This document shows, in pieces, positions 26,696 to 36,882 of a stretch of DNA of 59,821 nucleotides. The stretch comes from Actinomycetota bacterium. GTDB taxonomy: Bacteria; Actinomycetota; Acidimicrobiia; Spongiisociales; UBA5794. Location: assembly GCA_034660035.1 (NCBI GenBank), contig JAYEIJ010000079.1:2405-62225 (forward strand), read 5' to 3'. The position numbers and the translations under genes were made by a program. Below the pieces are notes generated by a model. That model was not told where the DNA came from, made no database searches, and saw only the letters and a program-made list of their open reading frames with translations. Position 1 is the stretch's first letter. Each line of letters starts with the position of its first letter.

Positions 26696-27388
26696 TCAAT
26701 CCTCGTAAGAGTGTCCGTTGTCTTCGTCGTCCGCGGGTTCAAAGATAGCCCGTCCCACGCGAACGATGCTCGCGCCCTCTTCCACGGCCACTTCGAAGTC
26801 GTCCGTCATCCCCATCGACAGATCGCCGGCTTCCGGATGTTCAGCCACCAGGGTATCGCGAAGTTCGCGCAGAGCGACGAACCACCGGCGAGCGTCATTC
26901 GCGATGCGTTCCCTCGGCGGGATGATCATCAGCCCATGAACAGGGACACCTCCCGCGGCGAGATGGTCGGCGACGCGATGAACATCGGCCGGGGCGAATC
27001 CGTGCTTCTGCGGCTCTTCTCCGATGTTGACTTCGATCAGCACCGGTGGGGGGTCTTCGAGCCGGATCCACGCATCTGCGACGCTCATGCGGTCGAGGGA
27101 GTGGAGCAGGGTGATCGACGGCGCGATCACTTTGATCGCCCTTCGCTGTACGTTCCCCACGAAGTGCCACTCGATATCGTCCGGAAGATCCGCTTCTAGA
27201 CGTTGGCTGAGTCCTTGGGGGCGGTTCTCTCCGAACACGCGCTGTCCGGCTTCGTACAGTTCGGTCACGGCCGCGTCGGTTCGTCCCTTCGACACGGCGA
27301 GTAGGGTCACGTCATCCGGGCCCCTCCCCGAACGCTTCGCAGCATCTGCGATACGCCGTTCCACGTTGATCAGTCCTCTGGTAGCCAT
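26696..27388 (-). CDS. yggS: YggS-family pyridoxal-phosphate homeostasis protein
   Basis: 230 aa from ATG 27388. PLP-lysine context LLAVSKGR and C-terminal SMGMTDDFEVAVEEGASIVRVG. The ORF-track extension to 27883 overlaps pgeF. Confidence 0.85.
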   Translation of the reverse strand: MATRGLINVERRIADAAKRSGRGPDDVTLLAVSKGRTDAAVTELYEAGQRVFGENRPQGLSQRLEADLPDDIEWHFVGNVQRRAIKVIAPSITLLHSLDRMSVADAWIRLEDPPPVLIEVNIGEEPQKHGFAPADVHRVADHLAAGGVPVHGLMIIPPRERIANDARRWFVALRELRDTLVAEHPEAGDLSMGMTDDFEVAVEEGASIVRVGRAIFEPADDEDNGHSYED

Positions 27389-27999
27389 GCCACCGCCACC
27401 TGCCGTTCTGTTGTCGCGTCCCGACGATACGAGCGAAATCCCGGATCCGAGTGCGTGCAGACGTCGGATCTCCAGACATCGAGACCGGACAGTTGCCCCG
27501 CCGCCGCCGATCGAAGATCGACACTCGGCGTTCCAGACGTCGTTCGGGATGCGTAGTCGCCGACGGCCGCTCTGACCTCGTCGCCGACCTCGTAGCAGCA
27601 CGGTCCGATCGAAGGGCCGATCGCTGCCCTCCTCGGTGTGTCCCCGAGAGCCGTCATCGCTTCGATGCCGGACCCCATGATCTCTGCTGCAACCCCGCGC
27701 CACCCCGCGTGGAGGATCGCAACCGAATGGTCCCCTTCGATGATGATCGGCATGCAGTCCGCCGTTGCGATCGTCAGCGGGAGTCCCGGCCGATCGGTGA
27801 TCAGACCGTCGGCAGAACCGGCAGGACCCGGTTGATCGACGTTCAACACGACGCCTCCATGGACCTGGTGGACGAATGCCCACGCTCGCGGGATACCAAG
27901 CTCGTTCGAGATCAGCCTTCGCCTCTCGAGGTCATCCCGACCGTTTCCGTCGCCTGCGTCGCCGAAGGCCGCTCCGCGGAATCCCGCGGGTCGGATCAT
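27370..27999 (-). CDS. pgeF: PgeF/YfiH (DUF152) purine nucleoside phosphorylase / peptidoglycan editing factor
   Basis: HQVHG, ADCMP and HAGWRG motifs of the YfiH family, in the conserved position after ftsZ. Confidence 0.8.
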   Translation of the reverse strand: MIRPAGFRGAAFGDAGDGNGRDDLERRRLISNELGIPRAWAFVHQVHGGVVLNVDQPGPAGSADGLITDRPGLPLTIATADCMPIIIEGDHSVAILHAGWRGVAAEIMGSGIEAMTALGDTPRRAAIGPSIGPCCYEVGDEVRAAVGDYASRTTSGTPSVDLRSAAAGQLSGLDVWRSDVCTHSDPGFRSYRRDATTERQVAVAWLPED

Positions 28000-29081
28000 C
28001 CCTGGACGAAGCCCGGGATCTCCATCTCGTCGGTTCCGTCCTCGTGACGGGCCACCTCGTCCGGGCTCGTGCGCACGATCGGAACACCGACCGTGGGAGC
28101 GGACGTGAACGCTGACCGCGTCTGTTCCTTCTCGAATCCGGCGGCGATGACGGTTACCCGCATGTCGTCACCGAGAGAATCGTCGACGACGGCGCCGAAG
28201 ATGATGTTCGCGTCCCCATCCGAATGATCGGCGACGATAGATGCCGCCGTGGACACCTCGTGGAGCGTCATCTCTCGTGGACCGGCGATCGAAAGCAGAA
28301 CGCCTCGCGCCCCATCCATCGAGGTTTCGAGCAGAGGACTCGCTATCGCCTTCTCCGCGGCTTGCTGTGCACGGCTGTCGCCGGTCGCCTGCCCGATCCC
28401 CATCACAGCGGATCCGGCTTCGGACATCACCGTCTTCACATCAGCGAAGTCGACGTTGATGAGTCCCGGCGTCGTGATGAGATCGGTGATCCCCTTGACT
28501 CCGTTCGTGAGGATCTCGTCGGCCATCTTGAATGCGTCGACAACCGGTGTCTGGTCGTCCGCGATCTCGAGGAGCCGCTCGTTCGGGATGATGATGAGCG
28601 TGTCAACGGCCTGCTTCAGGGTCTGGATGCCCTGTTCGGCGGCGACGGATCGGCGACGGCCTTCGAATCCGAACGGACGCGTGACAACACCGACCGTGAG
28701 CGCCCCGAGAGACTTCGCGACCTCGGCCACGACGGGGGCCGCGCCGGTTCCGGTTCCCCCACCTTCACCTGCGGTGATGAACACCATGTCGGCCCCGGTT
28801 AGCGCGTCCTCGATCTCGGCCCGGTGCTCGTCTGCCGCTTCACGGCCGACTTCGGGATTCGCCCCGGCACCCAGGCCGCGGGTGGAATCACGGCCGATGT
28901 CGAGTTTGAGATCGGCATCGGACATGATGAGGGCTTGAGCGTCAGTGTTGACGGCGATGAACTCGACACCGCCGACACTGGCCTCGATCATGCGGTTCAC
29001 GGCGTTCACGCCGCCACCGCCCACACCGACCACTTTGATCACGGCCAGGTAGGTGTGTGGTGAAAGTTTCGAATCTGTCAT
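27996..29081 (-). CDS. ftsZ: cell division GTPase FtsZ
   Basis: Tubulin signature [13 protein letters not shown]. Start ATG 29081 (MTDSKL) with GGGAGG upstream. Confidence 0.95.
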   Translation of the reverse strand: MTDSKLSPHTYLAVIKVVGVGGGGVNAVNRMIEASVGGVEFIAVNTDAQALIMSDADLKLDIGRDSTRGLGAGANPEVGREAADEHRAEIEDALTGADMVFITAGEGGGTGTGAAPVVAEVAKSLGALTVGVVTRPFGFEGRRRSVAAEQGIQTLKQAVDTLIIIPNERLLEIADDQTPVVDAFKMADEILTNGVKGITDLITTPGLINVDFADVKTVMSEAGSAVMGIGQATGDSRAQQAAEKAIASPLLETSMDGARGVLLSIAGPREMTLHEVSTAASIVADHSDGDANIIFGAVVDDSLGDDMRVTVIAAGFEKEQTRSAFTSAPTVGVPIVRTSPDEVARHEDGTDEMEIPGFVQG

Positions 29082-29113
29082 AGTGCTGGGCCTCCCGCGC
29101 AGGTGGAACAAGG

Positions 29114-29914
29114 TTAGTCCGAAGGTTGAGACTCTTCTACTGTCTTTGTCTCACCTTCCAGTTGAGATTGAGGCGGAGCGACCGCGGGACGCAGCGGAGC
29201 GGTCACGTCGACCCTACTCCCGGGCTCGATTCCGGTGGCGAGGAGGGCCTCGACGGCAGCCGCCTTCGCCGCCATGTCGGCGGGTCGTCCCAAGAGGATG
29301 ATGAATCCGCCGACGTTCGCATCGACCGTGATCCCGGTGACGGTGACCTCCGCCGATCGTCGCAGCGCCGGTGGAAGCGCGACCAGGAACTCGATCGCAC
29401 CCAGCGTCGAACCGTCTGTGATCTGATCTCCGACATGCACCGGGACCGGGCGATCCGTGACGATCAGCGGTGGAATCGCTTCACCGCTCGTTCGATCCAC
29501 CAGAACCCCGTCCGCCGCGGCCTGGAAGACGACGTCGTCGATGGTGATCGCGACAGCCGGTACCCGTTCCACGATGTGGATCTCCATACTGCCGGGCCAG
29601 GAGACGATCACGTCGGCTTCTGCGATCCACGGGTTCTCGAGCAGTGCGGCCTCCAACGCGCCGGCGTTCACCGACATCGTTGGTGTTCCCGGTCCGACGG
29701 CGAGGTCGGCCGCGATCGCAGCCGGATCTGAGCGCTGTGTCCCAGTGACCGTTACGGATCGGATCGAGAGCAGCGGCGAATTGACGAGCCATACCGTCAA
29801 CGCCACCGCGATCACGGCCAGCACGATCCAGATCACCCACCTGAGCCGCCCACGGGCTCGGTCTTCCGTCACCTGCTGTCGCCGCTCGGCGATCCGGTGG
29901 TCCATCGTGTTCAT
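29114..29914 (-). CDS. ftsQ: cell division protein FtsQ
   Basis: Basic N-terminus, single TM ([19 protein letters not shown]), POTRA-like region. Position between murB and ftsZ. Confidence 0.75.
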   Translation of the reverse strand: MNTMDHRIAERRQQVTEDRARGRLRWVIWIVLAVIAVALTVWLVNSPLLSIRSVTVTGTQRSDPAAIAADLAVGPGTPTMSVNAGALEAALLENPWIAEADVIVSWPGSMEIHIVERVPAVAITIDDVVFQAAADGVLVDRTSGEAIPPLIVTDRPVPVHVGDQITDGSTLGAIEFLVALPPALRRSAEVTVTGITVDANVGGFIILLGRPADMAAKAAAVEALLATGIEPGSRVDVTAPLRPAVAPPQSQLEGETKTVEESQPSD

Positions 29915-30843
29915 CCGACCGTATCCGTTCCCATTGCTTCATCGCCGGTCCTGTCGAAAACGCCGGCGAACTGGATCTCGGGTACGAGCCAGACTCCTGT
30001 GGCTTCGCCCACACGTCGTCGCACCGCCCAAACAAGATCCCACACGTCCTGTGCGGTGGCATGTTCGTCGGCCACGAGGAAATTGGCGTGCATTTCCGAC
30101 ACAGCCACACCGCCTCGTCGGTATCCCTTGAGTCCGACCGCGTCGATCAGACGTCCGGCCGCGTCATCGGGCGGGTTCTTGAAGACCGAACCGGCGTTGA
30201 ACGTTCCACCTGGTTGGTGCTCCTTCCTCCACCGCGTGATCTCGCGAATCCGGGCCTCGGCGACGTCGTGCTCGCACGCCTCCGTCGAGAACCGGGCAGA
30301 GACGACGATGTCACCCGGTTCGATGTTCGAATGCCGATAGCCGAAGCCCAAGTCGGCAGCGGTTCGATCGCTTCGGTCGCCGGTGAACCGATCGATGATC
30401 CGTGCGCTGAGAAGGCAAGCTGCAGTGTCACTCCCGTGCCCACCTGCGTTCATCTTCACCGCACCCCCGACCGTGCCGGGGATCCCGGCGTAGAACTCGA
30501 GTCCGCAACGGCCGGCCTCGGCTCCCGCCCGAGCGACCCGAGGCAACGAAGCCGCCCCACCGGAGCGAACGACGCCGCCCGGCTCGACAACGATCTTCAG
30601 GAACTCACCGGAGAGCCGGATCACCAGTCCTCGGTATCCGGCATCGGCAACAAGGAGATTGCTCCCGCGCCCGAGCACCAGCACGTCCACTTCACCGGTA
30701 GCAGCGGCAAGAACGTCGACGAGATGCTGCTCATCTTCGATCTCGGCGAACCAATCGGCCGCGCCGCCGAGCTTGTAGGTGGTCATCGGCGCAAGGGTCA
30801 CCCCTGCGCTCACACCCGGCGTCGACATCAATCGATCGGTCAC
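29911..30843 (-). CDS. murB: UDP-N-acetylenolpyruvoylglucosamine reductase
   Basis: FAD-binding LVLGRGSNLLV and MurB C-terminal domain. Start assigned to GTG 30843, forming a GTGA overlap with the murC stop. Confidence 0.85.
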   Translation of the reverse strand: MTDRLMSTPGVSAGVTLAPMTTYKLGGAADWFAEIEDEQHLVDVLAAATGEVDVLVLGRGSNLLVADAGYRGLVIRLSGEFLKIVVEPGGVVRSGGAASLPRVARAGAEAGRCGLEFYAGIPGTVGGAVKMNAGGHGSDTAACLLSARIIDRFTGDRSDRTAADLGFGYRHSNIEPGDIVVSARFSTEACEHDVAEARIREITRWRKEHQPGGTFNAGSVFKNPPDDAAGRLIDAVGLKGYRRGGVAVSEMHANFLVADEHATAQDVWDLVWAVRRRVGEATGVWLVPEIQFAGVFDRTGDEAMGTDTVG

Positions 30844-32216
30844 GAACCCTCCCCGATCCGGTCGGCGATCTGATCCCACATCGTTGCGATGTCCCCCGCT
30901 CCCATCAGCACCAGGGTGTCGCCGGGTTCGAGTTCTCCCGCGAGTAGGTCCGGCAGGTCCGCGAGGCGTTCGACGTACATGACGTCACCACCACTCGCTC
31001 TCACGGCTTCGTCGACGAGCCGACCCGTGATACCGGGTTGCGGGCGCTCGCCCGCGCTGTAGACGTTCGTGACGATGATCCGATCCGCCCCGGCGAGGGG
31101 CGCACCGAACGCTGGAGCGAGCGCCGCGGTGCGAGTGTACCGGTGCGGTTGGAAGACGACCCAGAGGCGGCCGCGCGTCATCGTTCGAGCGGCGCTGATC
31201 GTGGAAGCGACTTCCGTTGGATGGTGGGCGTAATCGTCGACGATCGTGATGTCGCAGATCTTCGCCTTGATTTCGAATCGTCGGCGAACACCGGTGGACT
31301 TCTCGAGACCTTCGACCGCACAGTCGAGGTCGAAGCCGAGTTCCCCGAAGAGTGCCAGCACGCCGGCGGCGTTGTTGACAACATGCATGCCGGGCTGCTG
31401 GAGCCGGATCCGCCTCGTCACCCCCCGCCCGGTGAGCGAGAAGGATGGCGATGCGCTGAGCGTCACGTCTTCGATCCTCCATACGGCATCCTCGCTCGTC
31501 CCGTAGCCGATCACGGTCGATCGCTCGGCCAGCCGACGAACACCCGGATCGTCGATGCAGCCGACGACCGGGCCGTCGGTGCGGCTCGCGACCAAGGCGA
31601 ACGCCTCCTCGAGCGCAGTGACGGTCCGGTAGTAGTCCAGGTGATCGGCCTCGATGTTGGTCACACCAAGACCGACGAGTTGTAGATGCCGAAACGTGCC
31701 GAATGCCTCGTCGGCTTCGAGCAGCAGCAGATCGCTGCTTCCGAGATGGGCCCCGGTGTTCAGGTCGGAGATCTCGCCACCCACGATGAACGAAGGATCC
31801 TGGTCGCACGCACGCAGGGCGGCGACCGCCATCGCTGTGCTGGACGTCTTGCCGTGTGTGCCCGAGAATCCGACGGTCGGGAACGCCATAGTGATCCCCC
31901 GAAGGAGCGCCGGCCTCCGCGCCGTCGGCATCCCGGCTTTTCGGGCCGCGCTGAGTTCCGGGTCGTGTTCGGGAACCGCCGACGATGCAACCACGACATC
32001 GGCACCGGTGATCTGATCCGGCCGATGACCGATCCAGGTCTCGACGCCGACCCCGGAGAGCGAGTCCACCACAGCGGATGGCTTGAGGTCGGAGCCCGTC
32101 ACGCGAATGCCTCGCTGGGCGAGCAGTTTGGCGAGACCGGACATCCCGGCACCACCGACACCGATCATGTGGACGGACTCGATCTCGTCGAGATCGACGG
32201 TCGGCAGATCAAACAC
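30840..32216 (-). CDS. murC: UDP-N-acetylmuramate--L-alanine ligase
   Basis: HMIGVGGAGMSGLA and GTHGKTS Mur-ligase motifs. Start assigned to GTG 32216 (VFDLPTV) preceded by GGAGG. Confidence 0.9.
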   Translation of the reverse strand: MFDLPTVDLDEIESVHMIGVGGAGMSGLAKLLAQRGIRVTGSDLKPSAVVDSLSGVGVETWIGHRPDQITGADVVVASSAVPEHDPELSAARKAGMPTARRPALLRGITMAFPTVGFSGTHGKTSSTAMAVAALRACDQDPSFIVGGEISDLNTGAHLGSSDLLLLEADEAFGTFRHLQLVGLGVTNIEADHLDYYRTVTALEEAFALVASRTDGPVVGCIDDPGVRRLAERSTVIGYGTSEDAVWRIEDVTLSASPSFSLTGRGVTRRIRLQQPGMHVVNNAAGVLALFGELGFDLDCAVEGLEKSTGVRRRFEIKAKICDITIVDDYAHHPTEVASTISAARTMTRGRLWVVFQPHRYTRTAALAPAFGAPLAGADRIIVTNVYSAGERPQPGITGRLVDEAVRASGGDVMYVERLADLPDLLAGELEPGDTLVLMGAGDIATMWDQIADRIGEGS

Positions 32217-33288
32217 GGGTGACCTCCTCGAGAATGGCAGCAACGTGATGGGCCGCGTCCGGTTTCGCGACCGAACGCGCTCCGATTCGCATGGCGGAAA
32301 GCCGTTCGACATCGGTGGCGAGGCTCACCAACAACGCGGGGACCTCGGTGATCCGCTCCTGATCGACGACCAGCGAGCCTCCTGCTCGCTCGAGGTCTCG
32401 TGCGTTCAGAGCCTGGTAGCCCTTCCCCGCCGGGAGGGGCACAACGACCGAAGGAGTTGACGTGACCGCCAGTTCGCTCACCGTCATCGCCCCGGCTCTG
32501 GACAGAACGACGTCCGACGCAGCGAAGAAGAACTGCATGTCGGATTCGAACGGGACCGTGACCCAGTTCGACGTGGAGCGGGCCTGCTCTGCGACGGCAT
32601 CGTGGTGATCGGGTCCGGTGATGTGCAGCACCGACACCGTCTCACCGAAAGCGGCCGCGAGTTCGGCGGCCGAGTCGTTGAGAGCCCTGGCACCCTGGCT
32701 ACCGCCTGAGACGCCCACCACCGGCAGATCCGATGCGAGTCCGTAGCGTCGGAACGCCTCGGCTCTGATCTCATCCCGCTCGTAGTTCTCGAATGCGATG
32801 CCGAGCGGATTCCCGACGATCTCGGCGCTCTTGAGCCGATCGAGTGCGGGTGCGAACGCCGCGAGAGTTCTCGCCGCTCCCCGGGCGACGTATCGATTGG
32901 CGAGACCCGGTACAGCGTTCTGTTCGTGGATCACGTACGGCATGCCGACCTTGCGTGCCCCCAGCGCAGCGGGAACGCTCACGTATCCACCGAACACGGT
33001 GAGAACGCCCGAATCTCGCTCTCCCAGGACATCCGCTACGGCGGCCGTAGCACGACGGACCATCACCGGCAGCATGAGATTGTCGGTCGTCAGCGATCGC
33101 TTGAGGCCTCTCACTTCGAGTTGGACGAGTTCGAATCCGGTCTCCGGCACGATCCGGGTTTCGAGTCGATCTCCACCGAAGAACACGATGTCGGACGGCG
33201 GGACCCCCGAGGAGACCAGCACCCGGGCAACGGCCAATGCCGGATAGATGTGGCCGCCCGTACCGGCTGCGGCGAAGGCGAAGGTCAT
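32209..33288 (-). CDS. murG: undecaprenyldiphospho-muramoylpentapeptide beta-N-acetylglucosaminyltransferase
   Basis: 359 aa from ATG 33288. AAGTGGHIYPALAV motif. ATGA overlap with ftsW. The ORF-track 627-aa form is an in-frame read-through into ftsW. Confidence 0.9.
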   Translation of the reverse strand: MTFAFAAAGTGGHIYPALAVARVLVSSGVPPSDIVFFGGDRLETRIVPETGFELVQLEVRGLKRSLTTDNLMLPVMVRRATAAVADVLGERDSGVLTVFGGYVSVPAALGARKVGMPYVIHEQNAVPGLANRYVARGAARTLAAFAPALDRLKSAEIVGNPLGIAFENYERDEIRAEAFRRYGLASDLPVVGVSGGSQGARALNDSAAELAAAFGETVSVLHITGPDHHDAVAEQARSTSNWVTVPFESDMQFFFAASDVVLSRAGAMTVSELAVTSTPSVVVPLPAGKGYQALNARDLERAGGSLVVDQERITEVPALLVSLATDVERLSAMRIGARSVAKPDAAHHVAAILEEVTRV

Positions 33289-34544
33289 GGCGTGGCCGAC
33301 TGAACGGCCCTCGTGCGTGAGATGTTCACCAGGATCCCGACCGCAGCGAGGTTCACGATCATCGCGTTGCCACCCGACGAGACGAACGGAAGCGGGACGC
33401 CGGTGATCGGGAGCACGGCGACGACGCCACCCACGTTGACCAATGCCTGGATCGTCAGCCATGCGATGATCCCGATGGCCACGAGCCGACCGAATGCGTC
33501 GGGCGCCGTCAGTGCGATCCTGATGCCCACTGCGGCGAACACGGCGAAGAGCACGATGACGAGCGACGCGCCGACGAAGCCCGTCTCCTCGCCGATGATC
33601 GCGAAGATGAAATCCGTGTGCGCGTTCGGCAAGAACGACCATCGGGCACGACTCGCACCGAGACCGACTCCGAGCCATCCTCCCGACCCGAGTGCCACCA
33701 GGCTCTGGACGGCCTGGTGGCCGGTGCCGAGCGGATCGGCGAAGGGATCGAGGAAGCCCGTGATCCGGTCCCTCCGATAGTCCATGGCGAAGGCTCCGGT
33801 GACCGCAAGGATCCCGCCGATCCCGCCGAGTCCCACGATGAAGCCGAGCGGAGCGGCAGACGCAATGAGCATCGCGAACGCCGAGCCACCGATCAGAAGC
33901 GTCGTGCCGAAGTCGGGTTGCAGAAGCAGCAACCCCGACACAGCGCCCAGGATCAGGAGTACGGGCAGCAGGAAGTGGGGCAGTTGCCGGAGCAGTTGGT
34001 CCTTCTTGGCAAGGACCGCAGCAAGGAGGAACACCGTCGCGAGTTTGGCGAACTCCGAGGCCTGGATCGTCACCGGCCCCAGTTCGATCCACCGTCTGGC
34101 ACCGCCACGGACGTCACCCATCACAAGCGTGGCTACGAGGCCGGCGATCGCGACGAGAAAGATGGGGACGGCGAATCGGCGGTACACGCGATACGGGATC
34201 CTGGCGAACACGACGAGGGAAGCGAGTCCCAATCCAACCCAGACGATCTGACGCTTCATGTAGAACAGATGGTCACCGGTTTGGCTGATCGAACTGGTCT
34301 CCCGGATGGAGACGACGGACGATGCGGACAGCATCGCCCCGAGGCCGACGATGAGCAGCATGATCACGGGAACGACCAGGAACACCGTACGACGATCGCG
34401 CAGATGGAGAGAGCGTGCCGCCCGACGGTCGCGGATCTCCTGCCGGACCGACGATCGCTCTTCGGCCTCCTCTACGATCACGGGATCCGGGGCGGGTTCG
34501 ATCATGCGCGTAGCATGGTCGAAAAGGGTCGTTCTCCCGGTCAT
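33285..34544 (-). CDS. ftsW: SEDS-family peptidoglycan polymerase FtsW
   Basis: 419 aa from ATG 34544, about 10 TM helices, conserved SEDS C-terminal block (LPITGVPLPFVSSGGNAMI). Confidence 0.9.
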   Translation of the reverse strand: MTGRTTLFDHATRMIEPAPDPVIVEEAEERSSVRQEIRDRRAARSLHLRDRRTVFLVVPVIMLLIVGLGAMLSASSVVSIRETSSISQTGDHLFYMKRQIVWVGLGLASLVVFARIPYRVYRRFAVPIFLVAIAGLVATLVMGDVRGGARRWIELGPVTIQASEFAKLATVFLLAAVLAKKDQLLRQLPHFLLPVLLILGAVSGLLLLQPDFGTTLLIGGSAFAMLIASAAPLGFIVGLGGIGGILAVTGAFAMDYRRDRITGFLDPFADPLGTGHQAVQSLVALGSGGWLGVGLGASRARWSFLPNAHTDFIFAIIGEETGFVGASLVIVLFAVFAAVGIRIALTAPDAFGRLVAIGIIAWLTIQALVNVGGVVAVLPITGVPLPFVSSGGNAMIVNLAAVGILVNISRTRAVQSATP

Positions 34545-35821
34545 TTCGCCGCCTCCAGGGCCGCGACGAGTTCCGCGAAGTGATCCCCGCGGCTTGCATA
34601 GGAATCGAACTGGTCGAAACTCGCACAGCCGGGAGCAAGCAGGACCGTGTCTCCGGCCTCCGCTATCCGGCCCGCCGCGCCGACGGCTGCCGCGAGGTCC
34701 TCCACAACGGTCACCGGAGCCCCGACAGCTGAGGCGATGGATGGCGCCGCTTCTCCGAATGCGACAACATGACGAACCGATGCGGGAGCGATCGTTGAGA
34801 GATCGAGGTCCTTGTTGCGACCACCGGCGAGGAGCACCACACTCGGGTATGCCTCGGCTGCGGCACGAGCCGCGTGAGGATTCGTCGCCTTCGAGTCGTC
34901 GATCCATGTGATGCCGTTGTAGGTTCCCACGGTTCGGCGACGGTGCGGACCGGGGACGAATCCGGCGAGTACCCTTCCGATGCCGGCATCCGTGGCGCCG
35001 ACCGAAGACGCCATCACCGCTGCGATACCGAGATCCGTCAACCATGACGGGTCGGTCGTCGGGGTAGCGAACCGTTTTCCATCTATCTGCAGGGAACCGC
35101 CGATCGGACCGACCCCGTCTCCAGAGACGGCGCAGCCACTCACGCCGATCGTTCGGCACTCAGCCGACGCGACGACCTCGACCGCGCCCGGATCATCGGC
35201 GCCGTACACCACGATGTCGTTCGGCGTCATGTTCTCGAAGATCCTGGCCTTGGCAGCGCCGTACGCCGCGACCGAGCCGTGCCAGTCGAGGTGATCGGCG
35301 GCGATGTTGACGATACCGGCGGCGACCGGGTGGAACCGGTCGATGAATCGAAGCTGGAAGCTCGATGCTTCGAGAACCACGACCTCAGCCGCCGTGTCGC
35401 CAAGGCCCGTCACGGGCGTTCCGATGTTCCCGGCGGACACAGCCGAGATACTGCTCTCGTTGAGCATGTCGGTGATGGTGTTCGTGACGGTCGTCTTTCC
35501 GTTCGTACCCGTCACTGCGACGTAAGGGACCGTGAGGTGCTGTGAGCCGAACTCGAGTTCGCTGATGATCTCGATTCCGAGGTCGAGGGCGCGCTGGATG
35601 GGTTCGGCGTGCTCCGGAAAGCCCGGCGATGCAACAACGAGATCGATGCCAACGAGCAGCCGGTCTGCCCATTCTCCGGTGTGTACGGCATAGCCCTTCT
35701 CGCGCAACGGGATCGTGGACTCCGACGAACGATCGTAGATCGACACCTCGTGATGAAGACCGGAAGCGAGTTGGGCGGCGGCACCGCCGCTCACCGCCGC
35801 TCCGAGGATCAGCGTCCTCAT
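34541..35821 (-). CDS. murD: UDP-N-acetylmuramoylalanine--D-glutamate ligase
   Basis: N-terminal Rossmann region LILGAAVSGGAAA and Mur-ligase P-loop GTNGKTT. Confidence 0.9.
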   Translation of the reverse strand: MRTLILGAAVSGGAAAQLASGLHHEVSIYDRSSESTIPLREKGYAVHTGEWADRLLVGIDLVVASPGFPEHAEPIQRALDLGIEIISELEFGSQHLTVPYVAVTGTNGKTTVTNTITDMLNESSISAVSAGNIGTPVTGLGDTAAEVVVLEASSFQLRFIDRFHPVAAGIVNIAADHLDWHGSVAAYGAAKARIFENMTPNDIVVYGADDPGAVEVVASAECRTIGVSGCAVSGDGVGPIGGSLQIDGKRFATPTTDPSWLTDLGIAAVMASSVGATDAGIGRVLAGFVPGPHRRRTVGTYNGITWIDDSKATNPHAARAAAEAYPSVVLLAGGRNKDLDLSTIAPASVRHVVAFGEAAPSIASAVGAPVTVVEDLAAAVGAAGRIAEAGDTVLLAPGCASFDQFDSYASRGDHFAELVAALEAAK

Positions 35822-36882
35822 GGCGAGGCAATCTTCGTGATCGTTACGAAGTCCGCGTAGAACACGCCGACACCGAGGGCGACCGCGATCCCTGCGAGGA
35901 TCCAGAATCGAATGATCACCGTCGTCTCGGGCCAGCCCTTGAGTTCGAAGTGGTGGTGGATCGGAGCCATGCGCAGGATGCGTCGACCGAACACGCGAAA
36001 GGCGAAGACCTGCCCGATGACCGAGAGCGTCTCCACGACGTAGAGACCGCCGAGAAGGACGAGGAGGAACTGCGTATTGGTGAGGAGGGCGAGAGCGGCG
36101 AGCGCCCCTCCCAGGGCCTGCGAGCCGGTGTCACCCATGAAGATCTTCGCCGGAGCGGCGTTCCACCAGAGGAACCCGAGTGCGGCACCTACGACGGCCG
36201 CGGCGAAGGTCGCCAGGTCGAGAGCTCCGTTGAGATCGACGAAGTACTCCCCGATGTTCCTCCACTGCCAGAAGGCGATCAGGACGTAGGCGCCCGCTAC
36301 GAGCGAGATCGATCCGGCCACCAGACCATCGAGCCCGTCGGTCAGGTTCACGGCGTTCGCAGCGGCTGTGAGCATGAACAGGACGAGGACGAAGTACAGG
36401 ATCGGCCCGAGGTCGATACCGAGCGGTCGGACGAACGAGAGCTCCGTCGAAACACCGATATGCACCGACCACCAGGCGAAGACGGCGGCCACACCGAGTT
36501 GTCCGAGGAACTTCCACCGCTTCGAGAGACCCTGGTTGTGTTTCCTCGCGTACTTCGTGAAGTCGTCGAGGAACCCGATCATGCCCATACCGACGAGGGC
36601 GAACAGGGCGAGGAGACCTTCTGGAGCGAACACGCTCATGCTGAAGTCCAGACCCTTCCCGACGGTGAAGAAGCTGAGATGCGATGCGAAGTAGCCGAGG
36701 ATGGTTCCGAAGATCAGGACCACGCCGCCCATCGTCGGTGTCCCCCTCTTGTGCATATGGCCCTGTACATCTTCCTGGATGAACTGCCCGATGCTGCGAC
36801 GGCGGAGGATTCGGATCGCCACGGGCGTTACGAAGATCGTGAACGCGAATGCGACGGCCGATGCGACGAGTATCTGGATCAT
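35818..36882 (-). CDS. mraY: phospho-N-acetylmuramoyl-pentapeptide transferase
   Basis: 354-aa polytopic protein with conserved MraY blocks (NAVNLTDGLDGL, MGDTGSQALG, APIHHHFE). Confidence 0.95.
   Translation of the reverse strand: MIQILVASAVAFAFTIFVTPVAIRILRRRSIGQFIQEDVQGHMHKRGTPTMGGVVLIFGTILGYFASHLSFFTVGKGLDFSMSVFAPEGLLALFALVGMGMIGFLDDFTKYARKHNQGLSKRWKFLGQLGVAAVFAWWSVHIGVSTELSFVRPLGIDLGPILYFVLVLFMLTAAANAVNLTDGLDGLVAGSISLVAGAYVLIAFWQWRNIGEYFVDLNGALDLATFAAAVVGAALGFLWWNAAPAKIFMGDTGSQALGGALAALALLTNTQFLLVLLGGLYVVETLSVIGQVFAFRVFGRRILRMAPIHHHFELKGWPETTVIIRFWILAGIAVALGVGVFYADFVTITKIASP

Noticed and set aside
33289-34092. Extended N-termini in the ORF track for murG (627 aa), ftsW (624 aa), yggS (395 aa), fabG, mraZ, murC and others
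   Set aside because: The extensions overlap the upstream genes in another frame and are Arg/Gly/Pro-rich. Homology starts at internal ATG or GTG codons that form ATGA/GTGA coupling overlaps with the preceding stop codon.
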